Assembly (NCBI GenBank): GCA_963749915.1
Contig: CAVVOP010000022.1
Span: 256,001-320,000, forward strand
Direction: 5' to 3'
Source of the DNA: an uncultured cyanobacterium
GTDB lineage: Bacteria > Cyanobacteriota > Cyanobacteriia > Cyanobacteriales > Cyanobacteriaceae
DNA length: 64,000 nucleotides
The position numbers and the translations under genes were made by a program. The notes under the pieces are model-generated. The model did no database searches. It had not been told where the DNA came from and saw only the letters and a program-made list of their open reading frames with translations. Shown one piece after another: positions 10,221 through 20,250 of this stretch (position 1 is the first letter of the stretch; each line of letters begins with the position of its first letter).

Positions 10221-12862
10221 TTCGAGAGTAAGATTATTTTTTCTCGATGAGCTTTTATTAAACTTACATTTTCAGCACTAATTTGTTCTAACATATAGCA
10301 AACTTGATCAGGAGTTAATAATGAGCCGTCATTTTTCGCACTGCCTATATATTTAATATTAACTCGTTCTGATTCTGTAAAATTATTATCAACTAAGGAG
10401 ATATTAGATAAATTATCTCTCAAATTAACAATTTTTTTCTTACCGGTTTTAGCCGTTTTTTCCATCATAATTTCTGATGAATTTTGTACTTTGTTAAGCC
10501 AATTTTGCCATTGAGAAACACCCACTTTGTTATCAGCAGAAATAGTAATAATATATTCGACTTTATCTAATAATTGAGTCGGTTTAGGAGATTTAAGAGG
10601 CAATTCTTCCACTTTAAAAATCGGCAAATTTGAGGGTAATTGAGCCTTTAATTTCTCAGTAAATTCATCAATACCCATCCGAGTATGATTTTCAAAATCT
10701 ACTATTTCTCCATTACTCGTCATCCCTAATGATAAAGCGAGGGCGATGGAAATTTTGGGACCAGGATGAAAACCACCAGTATAAGATATAGGAATACTAG
10801 CTCGTCTGATAGCTCGATCGAACAAACGCACTAAGTCTAAATGACTGACTAAAGCCATATCGCCATGTTTGCCAAACCACACCCGGATTTTTTGGGCTTT
10901 TTCTTGATTCGGTTTAAAATCCCCCAAATATTCAGGGATTGGAGGGGGAGTAACGACAATATTATGTCCAAAATCAGGACCACATACACCGCAACGGCTG
11001 CAACCATCAAAGGCACAATCGGGCACAGTTGCTTCTTTTAATGCCCTTTCTAAGTCTTCTTTCAACCATTGTTTATCAATACCTGTATCTAAATGATCCC
11101 ACGGCAAGGGCATATTAGTTAATAGTTGATCGTTGATCGTTGATCGTTGGTTCTCAGCGGTTGATATATCATTGTGCATACTTCTTTCTGCCCTCTCAAA
11201 AAGATTCCATTCCCCATTTTCCACTTGACGATATTTCCATGTTAATCCTGCCTCGTCGATAGCTGTCTGCCAAGCTTTATAAGCCTTGTCGATGCTTTCC
11301 CACCATGAATCCATTCCGGCACCCAATTCCCACGCCCGACGCACTACAGGGGCCAAACGGCGATCACCACGTCCAACAAAATCTTCTATTGCCGAAATAC
11401 GAACATCGGTATAGTTAACTTTAACCCCTTTGAGGGGATAAAATTCATCTCGCAAAATGTTACGTTTGCGCAAAAATTCGGAGGTAGAAACAGAATGCCA
11501 TTGAAAAGGTGTATGGGGTTTTGGGGTAAAGTTGGAGATAGTGACATTAAAATTAAGGCGTTTATTGCTGAGGTGACGACATTCTTGACGCAACCATTTA
11601 ACCGTTTCCACAATACCGATAACATCCTCATCGGTTTCTCCGGGTAAGCCGATCATGAAATACAATTTAATCTGATTCCAACCTTGTTTTACCGCCGTTT
11701 GGATACCCCGCAATAATTCCTCATTGGTTAACCCCTTATTGATAATATCGCGCATTCTTTGGGTACCCGCTTCCGGGGCGAATGTTAAGCCAGTTTTCCG
11801 AGTGCCACCAATAATATTAGCAATGTTTTCGTCAAAGCGATCGACTCTCTGACTGGGGAGAGAAAGGGAAATATTTTCATCCTTGAGACGGTTTTTAATT
11901 TCGATGCCAACGGCAGGTAATGAGAGATAATCAGAGCAACTGAGAGATAATAGGGAAAATTCGTTAAATCCCGTCTGTTTCATCCCCTCCACAATGCTAT
12001 CTACTACCGCCTCAGGCTCAACATCTCTGGCTGGGCGAGTTAACATCCCTGGTTGACAAAAACGGCAACCTCTAGTACAACCTCGACGAATTTCAATAGT
12101 AAGGCGATCGTGTACCGTTTGCACATAAGGCACTAAACCTATGGAATAGGCGGGGATAGGAGTTGCAACCCGTCGCAAAATCCGCTCAGGCACACCATCA
12201 CGATTAGGCTTAACACTACCATCCCCCTGCATATCGTAAAACTGAGGTACATAGACCCCCGGCACTTGAGCTAAATCTAATAGTAATTCTGTTCTAGTTA
12301 AAGCGTCTCGTTTGCCTTCTTCAATAACTAAGCCAATTTCGGGTAATAATTCTTCACCGTCACCTAAGGCTACAAAATCGAAAAAGGCCGAATATGGTTC
12401 CGGGTTGGAGGTTGCGGTTTGTCCCCCAGCAAAAATGAAGGGATAATCGGTGTCTTTTCTTTCCTGCCAAGTTAAGGGAATTCGGGCTAAACTGAGCATT
12501 TCTAAGATATTAGTTGCTCCCAGTTCATAACTCAAACTAAACCCTAAAATATCGAATTCTTTAACCTCTCTTTTCGATTCAAGGGCAAATAATGGGGTAT
12601 TCGTTACTCTCATCTTTGTTGCTAGATCCGGGGCAGGTAAATAAGAGCGATCGCACAATTGTCTCGGTTGTGCGTTAATGATATTGTAGAGAATAATATG
12701 TCCTAAATTAGATGCACCTACCTCATAAACTTCGGGGTATGTCAACACCCATCTGAGTTTAGCGGTTTCCCAATCTTTATGTTTTGCCCCCAATTCGTTA
12801 CCTAAATAACGTGCGGGTTTATGTATCTCTGATGTGATTAGATCCTTAAGTGCGTTCGCCAT
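10217..12862 (-). CDS. B12-binding radical SAM protein fused to a radical-SAM-linked C-terminal domain (TIGR03960/TIGR03936-like)
   Basis: CTRGCRFC (CxxxCxxC); C-terminal SHLDLVRLFDRAIRRA.IP..YTGGFHP domain. Confidence 0.88.
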   Translation of the reverse strand: MANALKDLITSEIHKPARYLGNELGAKHKDWETAKLRWVLTYPEVYEVGASNLGHIILYNIINAQPRQLCDRSYLPAPDLATKMRVTNTPLFALESKREVKEFDILGFSLSYELGATNILEMLSLARIPLTWQERKDTDYPFIFAGGQTATSNPEPYSAFFDFVALGDGEELLPEIGLVIEEGKRDALTRTELLLDLAQVPGVYVPQFYDMQGDGSVKPNRDGVPERILRRVATPIPAYSIGLVPYVQTVHDRLTIEIRRGCTRGCRFCQPGMLTRPARDVEPEAVVDSIVEGMKQTGFNEFSLLSLSCSDYLSLPAVGIEIKNRLKDENISLSLPSQRVDRFDENIANIIGGTRKTGLTFAPEAGTQRMRDIINKGLTNEELLRGIQTAVKQGWNQIKLYFMIGLPGETDEDVIGIVETVKWLRQECRHLSNKRLNFNVTISNFTPKPHTPFQWHSVSTSEFLRKRNILRDEFYPLKGVKVNYTDVRISAIEDFVGRGDRRLAPVVRRAWELGAGMDSWWESIDKAYKAWQTAIDEAGLTWKYRQVENGEWNLFERAERSMHNDISTAENQRSTINDQLLTNMPLPWDHLDTGIDKQWLKEDLERALKEATVPDCAFDGCSRCGVCGPDFGHNIVVTPPPIPEYLGDFKPNQEKAQKIRVWFGKHGDMALVSHLDLVRLFDRAIRRASIPISYTGGFHPGPKISIALALSLGMTSNGEIVDFENHTRMGIDEFTEKLKAQLPSNLPIFKVEELPLKSPKPTQLLDKVEYIITISADNKVGVSQWQNWLNKVQNSSEIMMEKTAKTGKKKIVNLRDNLSNISLVDNNFTESERVNIKYIGSAKNDGSLLTPDQVCYMLEQISAENVSLIKAHREKIILLSN

Positions 12863-13012
12863 GGTTGCCTTTGTGGTGTGTTAATTAGATTTATTACAGT
12901 TGAGGGGCAAAGTATAAAAAATTTGTTTTATAGGGTATCCGTTATATTTTCCTTGACATATTCGGTGAAAGAAAATGGCCAGTAATATGCTGATTGCTAA
13001 TTATTGATTGTT

Positions 13013-13795
13013 TTAACTACTTTTTGTCATTATCATTTGTAGTCCTAACCAACCTATAACAATATAAGCGATCGCCAACATAAAACTACTGACGGACGTG
13101 CGTAAACTCTGTTTTAAGGCTAAGGTTTGTGCTTTTCTTTTTTCTTTTTCCTCTACTTCGTTTAATTGTGATTGTAATTTAGTTTGCACTTCCTGTAATT
13201 TTGCCTTTAATTGATCCGGTTGTTGTGATAATTCTAAAATCTGTCGCAATTCATCTCGCTGACTTGTAACCAATTGTAATTGTTGAGGGTCAAGTTTTTG
13301 ACCTTGTATTACCCCTCCAGCTTCGATAACTTGATTTCTTTGATCAATTTCTAGTTTTAATTGTTCAGGATTTTTAGAAATAGCTTCTAATTGGGCTACA
13401 AAACCTTGAATTTGAGCTTCTTGTTGTCCTTTTCTTTGGGCAATTTGAGCCATTAAATCAGCACTAACACTGTTAATATTAGTTAAATATACGGGTACTA
13501 AGATCAAAAATAATAAGCCCAAGATACTAGAAATAATAAAAACTGGAAGACGAATATTTGTCCCCGATTTTTCATTATTGTTATCATTAATCCACCATGC
13601 TATAAGTAACAAAGCTATAGCTATTAAAGGAACAATACCTCGATCAACTAAACTATTGGTAAGATTTATTTGCCAATTTTGATCTTGTAACTCTAAAGGA
13701 ATTAATAAGAAAAGATAGTCAATTAAAGAGGAAATTAAGAGAATGCCTCCTAGTAATTTTAATGAGAGACTAATAAAAGCAGAAGTAATTTTCAT
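13013..13795 (-). CDS. HpsJ-like membrane protein
   Basis: TM helices, WQINLTNSLVDRGIVPL motif, Gln-rich coiled coil, C-terminal TM. Confidence 0.7.
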   Translation of the reverse strand: MKITSAFISLSLKLLGGILLISSLIDYLFLLIPLELQDQNWQINLTNSLVDRGIVPLIAIALLLIAWWINDNNNEKSGTNIRLPVFIISSILGLLFLILVPVYLTNINSVSADLMAQIAQRKGQQEAQIQGFVAQLEAISKNPEQLKLEIDQRNQVIEAGGVIQGQKLDPQQLQLVTSQRDELRQILELSQQPDQLKAKLQEVQTKLQSQLNEVEEKEKRKAQTLALKQSLRTSVSSFMLAIAYIVIGWLGLQMIMTKSS

Positions 13796-13836
13796 GGTAC
13801 AAGTTTTATTGAATATGAGCGATTATCCATTATTAA

Positions 13837-14040
13837 TTATTTTAGATTGCCCCTTGCATCTATTACCGCTAGTAAAAAAGATACTATTGTTAAAGGAATA
13901 CTAATGGCCAAAATAATAGTTGTATTTGTCTGACCTAATTGCGGTACTCCTGATGTTAATTCAAACACAGAACCCACAGAAGCTATCGCAGCTATACAAG
14001 AAAGAAGTAGCAATACGCCACTTTTAGGAGTCATGTACAT
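13837..14040 (-). CDS. Small two-helix membrane protein, hypothetical
   Basis: AAIASVGSVFEL motif; two hydrophobic segments. Confidence 0.65.
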   Translation of the reverse strand: MYMTPKSGVLLLLSCIAAIASVGSVFELTSGVPQLGQTNTTIILAISIPLTIVSFLLAVIDARGNLK

Positions 14041-14201
14041 AAGTAGTTGTTAATAATTTAATTCCATTCTTTACCTTAAATGTTTTTAACACAATAGGGA
14101 AGTAATTAACAATGAAATGAGCAATGAGTAATAAGCAATTATCAATGTCACATTCTTCACTTTCATCTATAGTCAGTCAGTTTTTGGTGTACTGACTCTC
14201 C

Positions 14202-14239
14202 AAAAAAAACCCTTCTCTGACTATTAAATTAGAGAAGGG
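14202..14239 (-). terminator. Rho-independent terminator of cpcG
   Basis: CCCTTCTCT...AGAGAAGGG stem followed by T8 on the minus strand. Confidence 0.8.
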
Positions 14240-14276
14240 ATTTAAATAAAAGTTGATGAACCACTATAAAGGTTAA

Positions 14277-15026
14277 TTATTTGCGGTAAGGAACTCTATC
14301 TAAACTGATGTTTCCAGCTGATACACGGGGTGTAGGAGCTGGTTTAGCATTAATACTGCGAGCCATGTTAAGGTACAGAGAGGGATCTCCAGCTTTGGCT
14401 TGTTTTTCCTGAGGTATAAAACGGCGAACTTGGTTTTGCCAAATAATTTGCGGGAAACCAAGAATGCCACGATAGTAGGCATCATAACGAGGAGATTTGA
14501 GGTTAAAAGGCATTTCTCCTAGTTCGCGGGAAGGTAAATTCCGACGACGTTGATAAGGTACGATGTCATAACCAAAGTTCTCTAAGTATTCGTCAGAGTT
14601 TAATAACTCATCGACGAAGCCTTTAATACCTTTATTAACGACGACAATTGACCATGCAATCTTTTCTCTTTCGCTGTAGGGTGTGCGACCCAACACTTTT
14701 TGAATACAATGTTCTACAAAACGGTAGTTACTATTTTTTTCGTAAAAACTATTTTTAAAGGTTTCTGATAATAATAAACCACGAATAAAATCACGCACAG
14801 TAATCTGTTTGTTACGTAGTTGAGACTCTAAAAAAGGTTCACGATCAGATTTGAAAGCATGGAAAAAGATTTGACGATAAGCCGCTTCAATTAATACATC
14901 TACATCAGACGCACTATAAAGACTTTCAGCATTATAGATTTTTGGTTGTTCGTCGCCGCCTACTTCATAACCAGCTACACGGGTATTCTGAGAATTAGGT
15001 GCGTAATTTAAAAGAGGAATAGCCAA
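14277..15026 (-). CDS. cpcG: Phycobilisome rod-core linker
   Basis: [35 protein letters not shown]; hydrophilic C-terminus, so not CpcL; TTG start after GGAGG. Confidence 0.93.
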   Translation of the reverse strand: MAIPLLNYAPNSQNTRVAGYEVGGDEQPKIYNAESLYSASDVDVLIEAAYRQIFFHAFKSDREPFLESQLRNKQITVRDFIRGLLLSETFKNSFYEKNSNYRFVEHCIQKVLGRTPYSEREKIAWSIVVVNKGIKGFVDELLNSDEYLENFGYDIVPYQRRRNLPSRELGEMPFNLKSPRYDAYYRGILGFPQIIWQNQVRRFIPQEKQAKAGDPSLYLNMARSINAKPAPTPRVSAGNISLDRVPYRK

Positions 15027-15112
15027 TGTTAAGACCTCCGTATCTTAAAATTATCTTAAAATGTTTTTTCTACAATCATTAGCATAATCGACAATGGCAT
15101 CTTACCTTAAAA

Positions 15113-15130
15113 AACGTAAAGATTTGTTAC
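15113..15130 (-). promoter_or_regulatory. Possible HLR1 (RpaB) site upstream of cpcG
   Basis: GTAACAAA-TC-TTTACGTT, two mismatches to the (G/T)TTACA(T/A)(T/A)-N2 direct repeat. Confidence 0.4.
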
Positions 15131-15257
15131 AGTTAAAAATTAACAAACATTTAGGGAACATTATCCTGCGAACATTAATTATTTACTCTCAATTTAATCG
15201 CTGCTATTATAACTCAGTGAAATGATGGAACATGATGAAATTAACAAGGGAAAATCA

Positions 15258-16118
15258 ATGAGTCAAGTAGCAATTTTCGGCATGGGATTAATGGGGCAAC
15301 CGATGACGATAAAATTACATCAGGCCAATATTCCCATTATGGCTTACAATCGCACGGCGGAAAAACTTAAACCTTTACAGGCACAAAATATTCCCGTTAC
15401 TACTAATGTACAAGAGGCGATCGCTTTTGGGAATTGTTTAATTTTGATGTTGACGGATATTAAAGCCATTGAAGAAGTGATTTTAGAATCTAACGCCGAT
15501 TTGACGGGTAAAACTATCATACAAATGGGTACCATTTCCCCCGATGAGAGTAAAAAGTTATTGTTGGAAATCGAGACAAGGAGCGGAGAATATTTAGAGG
15601 CACCGGTTTTAGGCAGTATTCCCGAAGCCAAAAACGGAAATTTATTGGTGATGGTTGGTGGCAAGAAAAATCAATTTGATACATGGCAAGATTTACTAAA
15701 AAATTATAGCCTCGAACCGATTCTCGTGGGTGAAGTTGGCACGGCGGCGGCGTTAAAATTAGCTTTGAATCAGATGATTGCCGGATTAACTAGTACTTTT
15801 GCTCTAAGTTTAAGTTTTATCAAACAACAAGGGGTTGAGGTATCCACTTTTATGGATATTTTGCGTAACAGTGCTTTATATGCCCCTACTTTTGATAAAA
15901 AATTGTCGAGAATGGGGAATCGTAACTATGATAGTCCGAATTTTCCCACAAAACATTTACTCAAAGACATAAATTTATTCTTGAGATCAGCGAAGGAAAA
16001 AGGTTTAAATACGGAAGGTTTAGAAGGGATAAAGGAGATCCTATCCCAAGCGGTAAATCAGGGTTATGGCAATGATGATTATTCGGCACTGATAGAAGGG
16101 ATAATCAGTTTGGATTAA
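15258..16118 (+). CDS. NAD(P)-dependent oxidoreductase, 3-hydroxyisobutyrate dehydrogenase family
   Basis: GMGLMG Rossmann motif, EAPVLGS, LKLALN, KDI; start moved to the MSQV ATG. Confidence 0.88.
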   Translation: MSQVAIFGMGLMGQPMTIKLHQANIPIMAYNRTAEKLKPLQAQNIPVTTNVQEAIAFGNCLILMLTDIKAIEEVILESNADLTGKTIIQMGTISPDESKKLLLEIETRSGEYLEAPVLGSIPEAKNGNLLVMVGGKKNQFDTWQDLLKNYSLEPILVGEVGTAAALKLALNQMIAGLTSTFALSLSFIKQQGVEVSTFMDILRNSALYAPTFDKKLSRMGNRNYDSPNFPTKHLLKDINLFLRSAKEKGLNTEGLEGIKEILSQAVNQGYGNDDYSALIEGIISLD

Positions 16119-16169
16119 TTAGAGTTGATGGTGCGTTACATTTTATGAACACACCCCATTTTTAGATTT

Positions 16170-16892
16170 TTAGAGGAAACTGGGTTTATGACGAATTAAA
16201 CCAAGAAATTCCTCACGGGTTTTATTTTCTTCTTGGAATACCCCTAACATTGCACTGGTGACCGTCCATGATCCGGGTTTTTGAACTCCACGCATTACCA
16301 TACACATATGAGTTGCTTCCATGACTACTGCTACCCCTTGAGGATCAAGAATGGTTTGGATTGCCTCAGCTATTTGACGGGTAAGACGTTCTTGTACTTG
16401 CAATCTTCTGGAGTACATTTCAACGATACGGGCTAATTTACTTAAACCAACTACTTTTTGATTAGGAATATAAGCAACGTGTGCCCTGCCCATAAAAGGT
16501 AGCATGTGATGTTCACAAAGACTGAAAAAGTCGATATCTCTGACTAATACCATCTCGTTATGACCTTCATCAAAAATAGCACCATTGACGAGTTTTTCCA
16601 ACGATTGACTATAACCTTGGGTTAAAAACTGCATGGCCTCGGCTACTCTTTTTGGGGTTTTGAGTAGTCCTTCCCGTTCAGGATCTTCCCCCACAGATTC
16701 TAAAATATTGGTGACAGCATCCATCATTTGCTGTTTATTTTCTTCATGGGTAAGGTTGATTTTGGCAACTTGTCCATTATGGGTATTACGATCGGGACGA
16801 GTAGCTACACTACTGTACACTTCTGTACTAATGGGAGAAAAAACATCGGGGGAAGTCTTATTAGAATTGGAACCGTTGGAAAATTCTGTCAT
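16170..16892 (-). CDS. folE: GTP cyclohydrolase I
   Basis: [39 protein letters not shown]. Confidence 0.96.
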   Translation of the reverse strand: MTEFSNGSNSNKTSPDVFSPISTEVYSSVATRPDRNTHNGQVAKINLTHEENKQQMMDAVTNILESVGEDPEREGLLKTPKRVAEAMQFLTQGYSQSLEKLVNGAIFDEGHNEMVLVRDIDFFSLCEHHMLPFMGRAHVAYIPNQKVVGLSKLARIVEMYSRRLQVQERLTRQIAEAIQTILDPQGVAVVMEATHMCMVMRGVQKPGSWTVTSAMLGVFQEENKTREEFLGLIRHKPSFL

Positions 16893-17052
16893 GGTTAAGT
16901 TAGCAAATTAGTTTAATTGTGAGATTTAAGAGCGGGATTTTAGTTACTTGAACCGAAAAAGCCCAATAGCTTAGGATATTTAGGGGATTTGTCCAGGAAA
17001 AACACCGCCACAAAAAAAGATTAATTTCGTGGTTTCAAGGTGGAATATTAAT

Positions 17053-17781
17053 CTACAACGCCCCAATACTAGGGGTTATGGTTAATTGTTCAATGACTGC
17101 CTCTTGGGGAAGTAATACTGCTTGTAAAATTGCTTGGGCGACAGTTTCTGGTTTCAGCATTGCCAATCGATTGAGATCTGCTTGGACTGTATCAGTGTCC
17201 CAGATAGGTGTATTAACTGCACCCGGACAAATAGTTGTTACTCTGATGCCGTTACTTCTTTCTTCGAGGGCAAGGCATTGACTAAAGGTAACTAAAGCGG
17301 CTTTACTAACAGCATAAGTTCCCCATGCAGGAAAAGGGTTATTGGCGGCGATGGAAGCCACATTGATAATTGTACCTTGACCTTGTTTTCTCATTTGCGG
17401 TAATACCCCCATGACGCACTGGAAAACGCTGGTCAAATTTAGATCTAATACTTTTTGCCAGTCAGTTAAGGGTGTTTCTCGAAGGAGATTTGTGTAACCT
17501 ATCCCGGCATTATTGACAAGAATATCGATCACCCCAAATTCATGAACAATGGCTTCTATGTTCGCTTTTACGGTGGCTACTTCAGCAAAATCAGCAGAAA
17601 CTATTTTAACTTTTACCCCATATTCAGAAACTAAGTCGGCAACCTCCGCTAATTTTGCGATTTGGCGACTAATTAAACATAGGTCAATCCCTGATGAGGC
17701 AAAGGCGATGGCTGTTGCTTTTCCAATTCCACTACTAGCTCCGGTAATGATAGCCGTTCGTTGATTTGGGGAATATTCCAT
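17053..17781 (-). CDS. SDR family oxidoreductase
   Basis: TGASSGIG, NNAG, YAVSK (YxxxK). Confidence 0.92.
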   Translation of the reverse strand: MEYSPNQRTAIITGASSGIGKATAIAFASSGIDLCLISRQIAKLAEVADLVSEYGVKVKIVSADFAEVATVKANIEAIVHEFGVIDILVNNAGIGYTNLLRETPLTDWQKVLDLNLTSVFQCVMGVLPQMRKQGQGTIINVASIAANNPFPAWGTYAVSKAALVTFSQCLALEERSNGIRVTTICPGAVNTPIWDTDTVQADLNRLAMLKPETVAQAILQAVLLPQEAVIEQLTITPSIGAL

Positions 17782-18003
17782 GATAAATATTGCTTTTTTT
17801 GAGTTAGTAAAACTAAATTGGATTTAAACCTTAAATAAGTTCTGTTAACTGAGTCCGGGGTTAGCCGCTTCTCATAATGTGAAGTTTTGTAACAAAAATC
17901 ACCTTCCACATTATAACTCATTGTTCACCCATTTTGTTCTAGGGTGGCAAAAAAAAGTCGTTTAAACTAACTCAGAGTTAGCTCATAGTCTAGTTTGAGG
18001 TGA

Positions 18004-20200
18004 TTAGACAAATTGGACAAACATGAAGTTATCAGCGTCCAATTCGGTGAATCCGATAAGAGTAATCTGACCAAAGCCAGAAGTAATAGAGGTGATAATG
18101 CTGCTTCCAAAGATAGTAGTCGTATCAATGTTTAGAGCACCAAAACCTCCCGCCCCTAGACTAAAGGCCGTTAAATCAATCTTATCATTACCGGTTCCAA
18201 AGTCTGTGATGACATCGGTGCCAAACCCACTAGCAAATACGAAATTGTCGCTTCCTGTGCCGCCCTGGAGGTTATCATTGCCGCGGCTTCCGTAGATGGA
18301 GTCGTTGCCATTGCCACCATTGAGGACGTCCCCTACGCTGGATCCGCCGATGTTAGCTGCGGTATAGGCATAAAGGCGATCGTTGCCATTGCCACCGTTG
18401 AGGGTGTCGCTGCCGTAGCCCCCCTGGAGGAGGTCGTTGCCGTTGCCACCATTAACCAGATCATTGTCGTTGCCACCATTAGCGGTGTCATTGCCGCTGC
18501 TTCCGTAGATGGAGTCGTTGCCGCTGTCACCATTGAGGACGTCCCCCACGCTGGATCCGCCGATGTTAGCTGCGGTATAGGCATAAAGGCGATCGTTGCC
18601 ATTGCCACCGTTGAGGGTGTCGCTGTTGAAGCCCCCCTGGAGGAGGTCGTTGCCGTCACCACCATTAACCAGATCATCGCCGGAACCACCATTAGCGGTG
18701 TCATTGCCGCTGCTTCCGTAGATGGAGTCGTTGCCATTGTCACCATTGAGGACGTCCCCCACGCTAGATCCGCCGATGTTAGCTGCGGTATAGGCATAAA
18801 GGCGATCGTTGCCATTGCCACCGTTGAGGGTGTCGCTGTTGTAGCCCCCCTGGAGGAGGTCGTTGCCGTCACCACCATTAACCAGATCATCGCCGGAACC
18901 ACCATTAGCGGTGTCATTGCCGCTGCTTCCGTAGATGGAGTCGTTGCCATTGTCACCATTGAGGACGTCCCCCACGCTAGATCCGCCGATGTTAGCTGCG
19001 GTATAGGCATAAAGGCGATCGTTGCCATTGCCACCGTTGAGGGTGTCGCTGTTGTAGCCCCCCTGGAGGAGGTCGTTGCCATTGCCACCATTAACCAGAT
19101 CATCGCCGGAACCACCATTAGCGGTGTCGTCGCCTGCTTCGTAGATGGAGTCGTTGCCCCTGTCGCCATTGAGAAGGTCGCCCACGCTGGATCCACTGAT
19201 GTTGGCTGGCGGTATACCCATAAAGGCGATCGCTTCCTGTGCCACCATTGAGGGTATCGTTACCATCCCCACCGACGAGGGTATCATTACCAGCACCACC
19301 GTAGAGGTAGTCATTGCCCACATCACCGTAAAGGTAGTCGTTGCCGTCATAACCGAGGAGGGTATCATCTCCAGCCCCCCCATTCAAAGTATCATTTCCC
19401 GTATGGGGACCATTATGGGGATTGATAATTGCTGTAATGGGTACTTTAGCGTTAGCAGTGGCGACATCATCCCAAAGATAGCTCGAACTATGCCAATTAG
19501 GATAGGAATAAAGAGGCAATAAAATATTTAGGTTGCTAGAAGCTGGTAAAGAATCGATATAATCGACCTCTTGTTGCCAGTACGAAGGTATTCCATCCCA
19601 AGGGTTCCCATCTTCTCCATCTTCTGTAACATATACATAGCCAACATTCCGACTAACAGCCGTGTCAATATAGTTCCTCATCACCTCGGGATCGTTAACA
19701 GAATACATTAAGCTGGAGAATCGGTTGGGGTTATGGCCGCTGGGGGGATTTGGGGCCGTCTCCCAACCCTTGTTATTTTCAAAGATAACTAAATTAGCAT
19801 TGGGTAAGTCAGAGACATAAACTGAGTCAGGTTGAGTCCCGTGGTTCAGAACCACTGTGCTTAGTTGATTTGTTTTTGCAACATAGTTGTATAATTCTTT
19901 GTAGTAGTTGAAATCCCTAGCACTGGCAGAAGCTTCATCAAAAAAGATCCCATTAACATTGTAATAGTTGCGGTATAAATCAAGATCGGCTTTAACTTCT
20001 TCAAGATCACGTCTTCCGTAATCAGTCCAGACATAGCCGAGTAGATTAACACCAGAGGATCTCAAGTCCTGAAGTCCTCGGACATAGTCACTATTTGGAG
20101 AACTCCCCCCTTTCAAAATTTCGTTTTTCTCGCTACCATTGAGTAAATCATTGTTAGCAGTGCCGAGAATTTCTATATTAGTGGTCGTCATCATCCGCAT
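18004..20200 (-). pseudogene. RTX/Ca-binding repeat protein with a spherulin-4 (GH135-like) domain; single +1 frameshift near 19208 (real or sequencing error)
   Basis: ORFs 19118-20200 and 18004-19383 join at [18 protein letters not shown]; GGxGNDxL nonapeptides; LGYV.TDYG.R, GIFFDE and PLYSYP motifs; RBS GAGGGAG before the ATG at 20200. Confidence 0.8.
18280..19260 (-). repeat. 213-bp (71-aa) intragenic tandem repeat, about 4.5 copies
   Basis: GATCC anchor recurs at 18341, 18554, 18767, 18980 and 19190 (213, 213, 213, 210 bp apart). Confidence 0.92.
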
Positions 20201-20250
20201 TATCTCCCTCTGTTTTCATTTACCGAATTTTATCGAGAAAATCCAACAAC

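Noticed and set aside
18333..19196. 287-aa Thr/Ala/Met-rich ORF
   Set aside because: Alternative-frame shadow of the RTX repeat; it stays open only because the repeat unit lacks a stop in that frame.
18280..19260. Regular repeats as a CRISPR array
   Set aside because: The units are 213-bp coding repeats with no unique spacers, and no cas genes are present.
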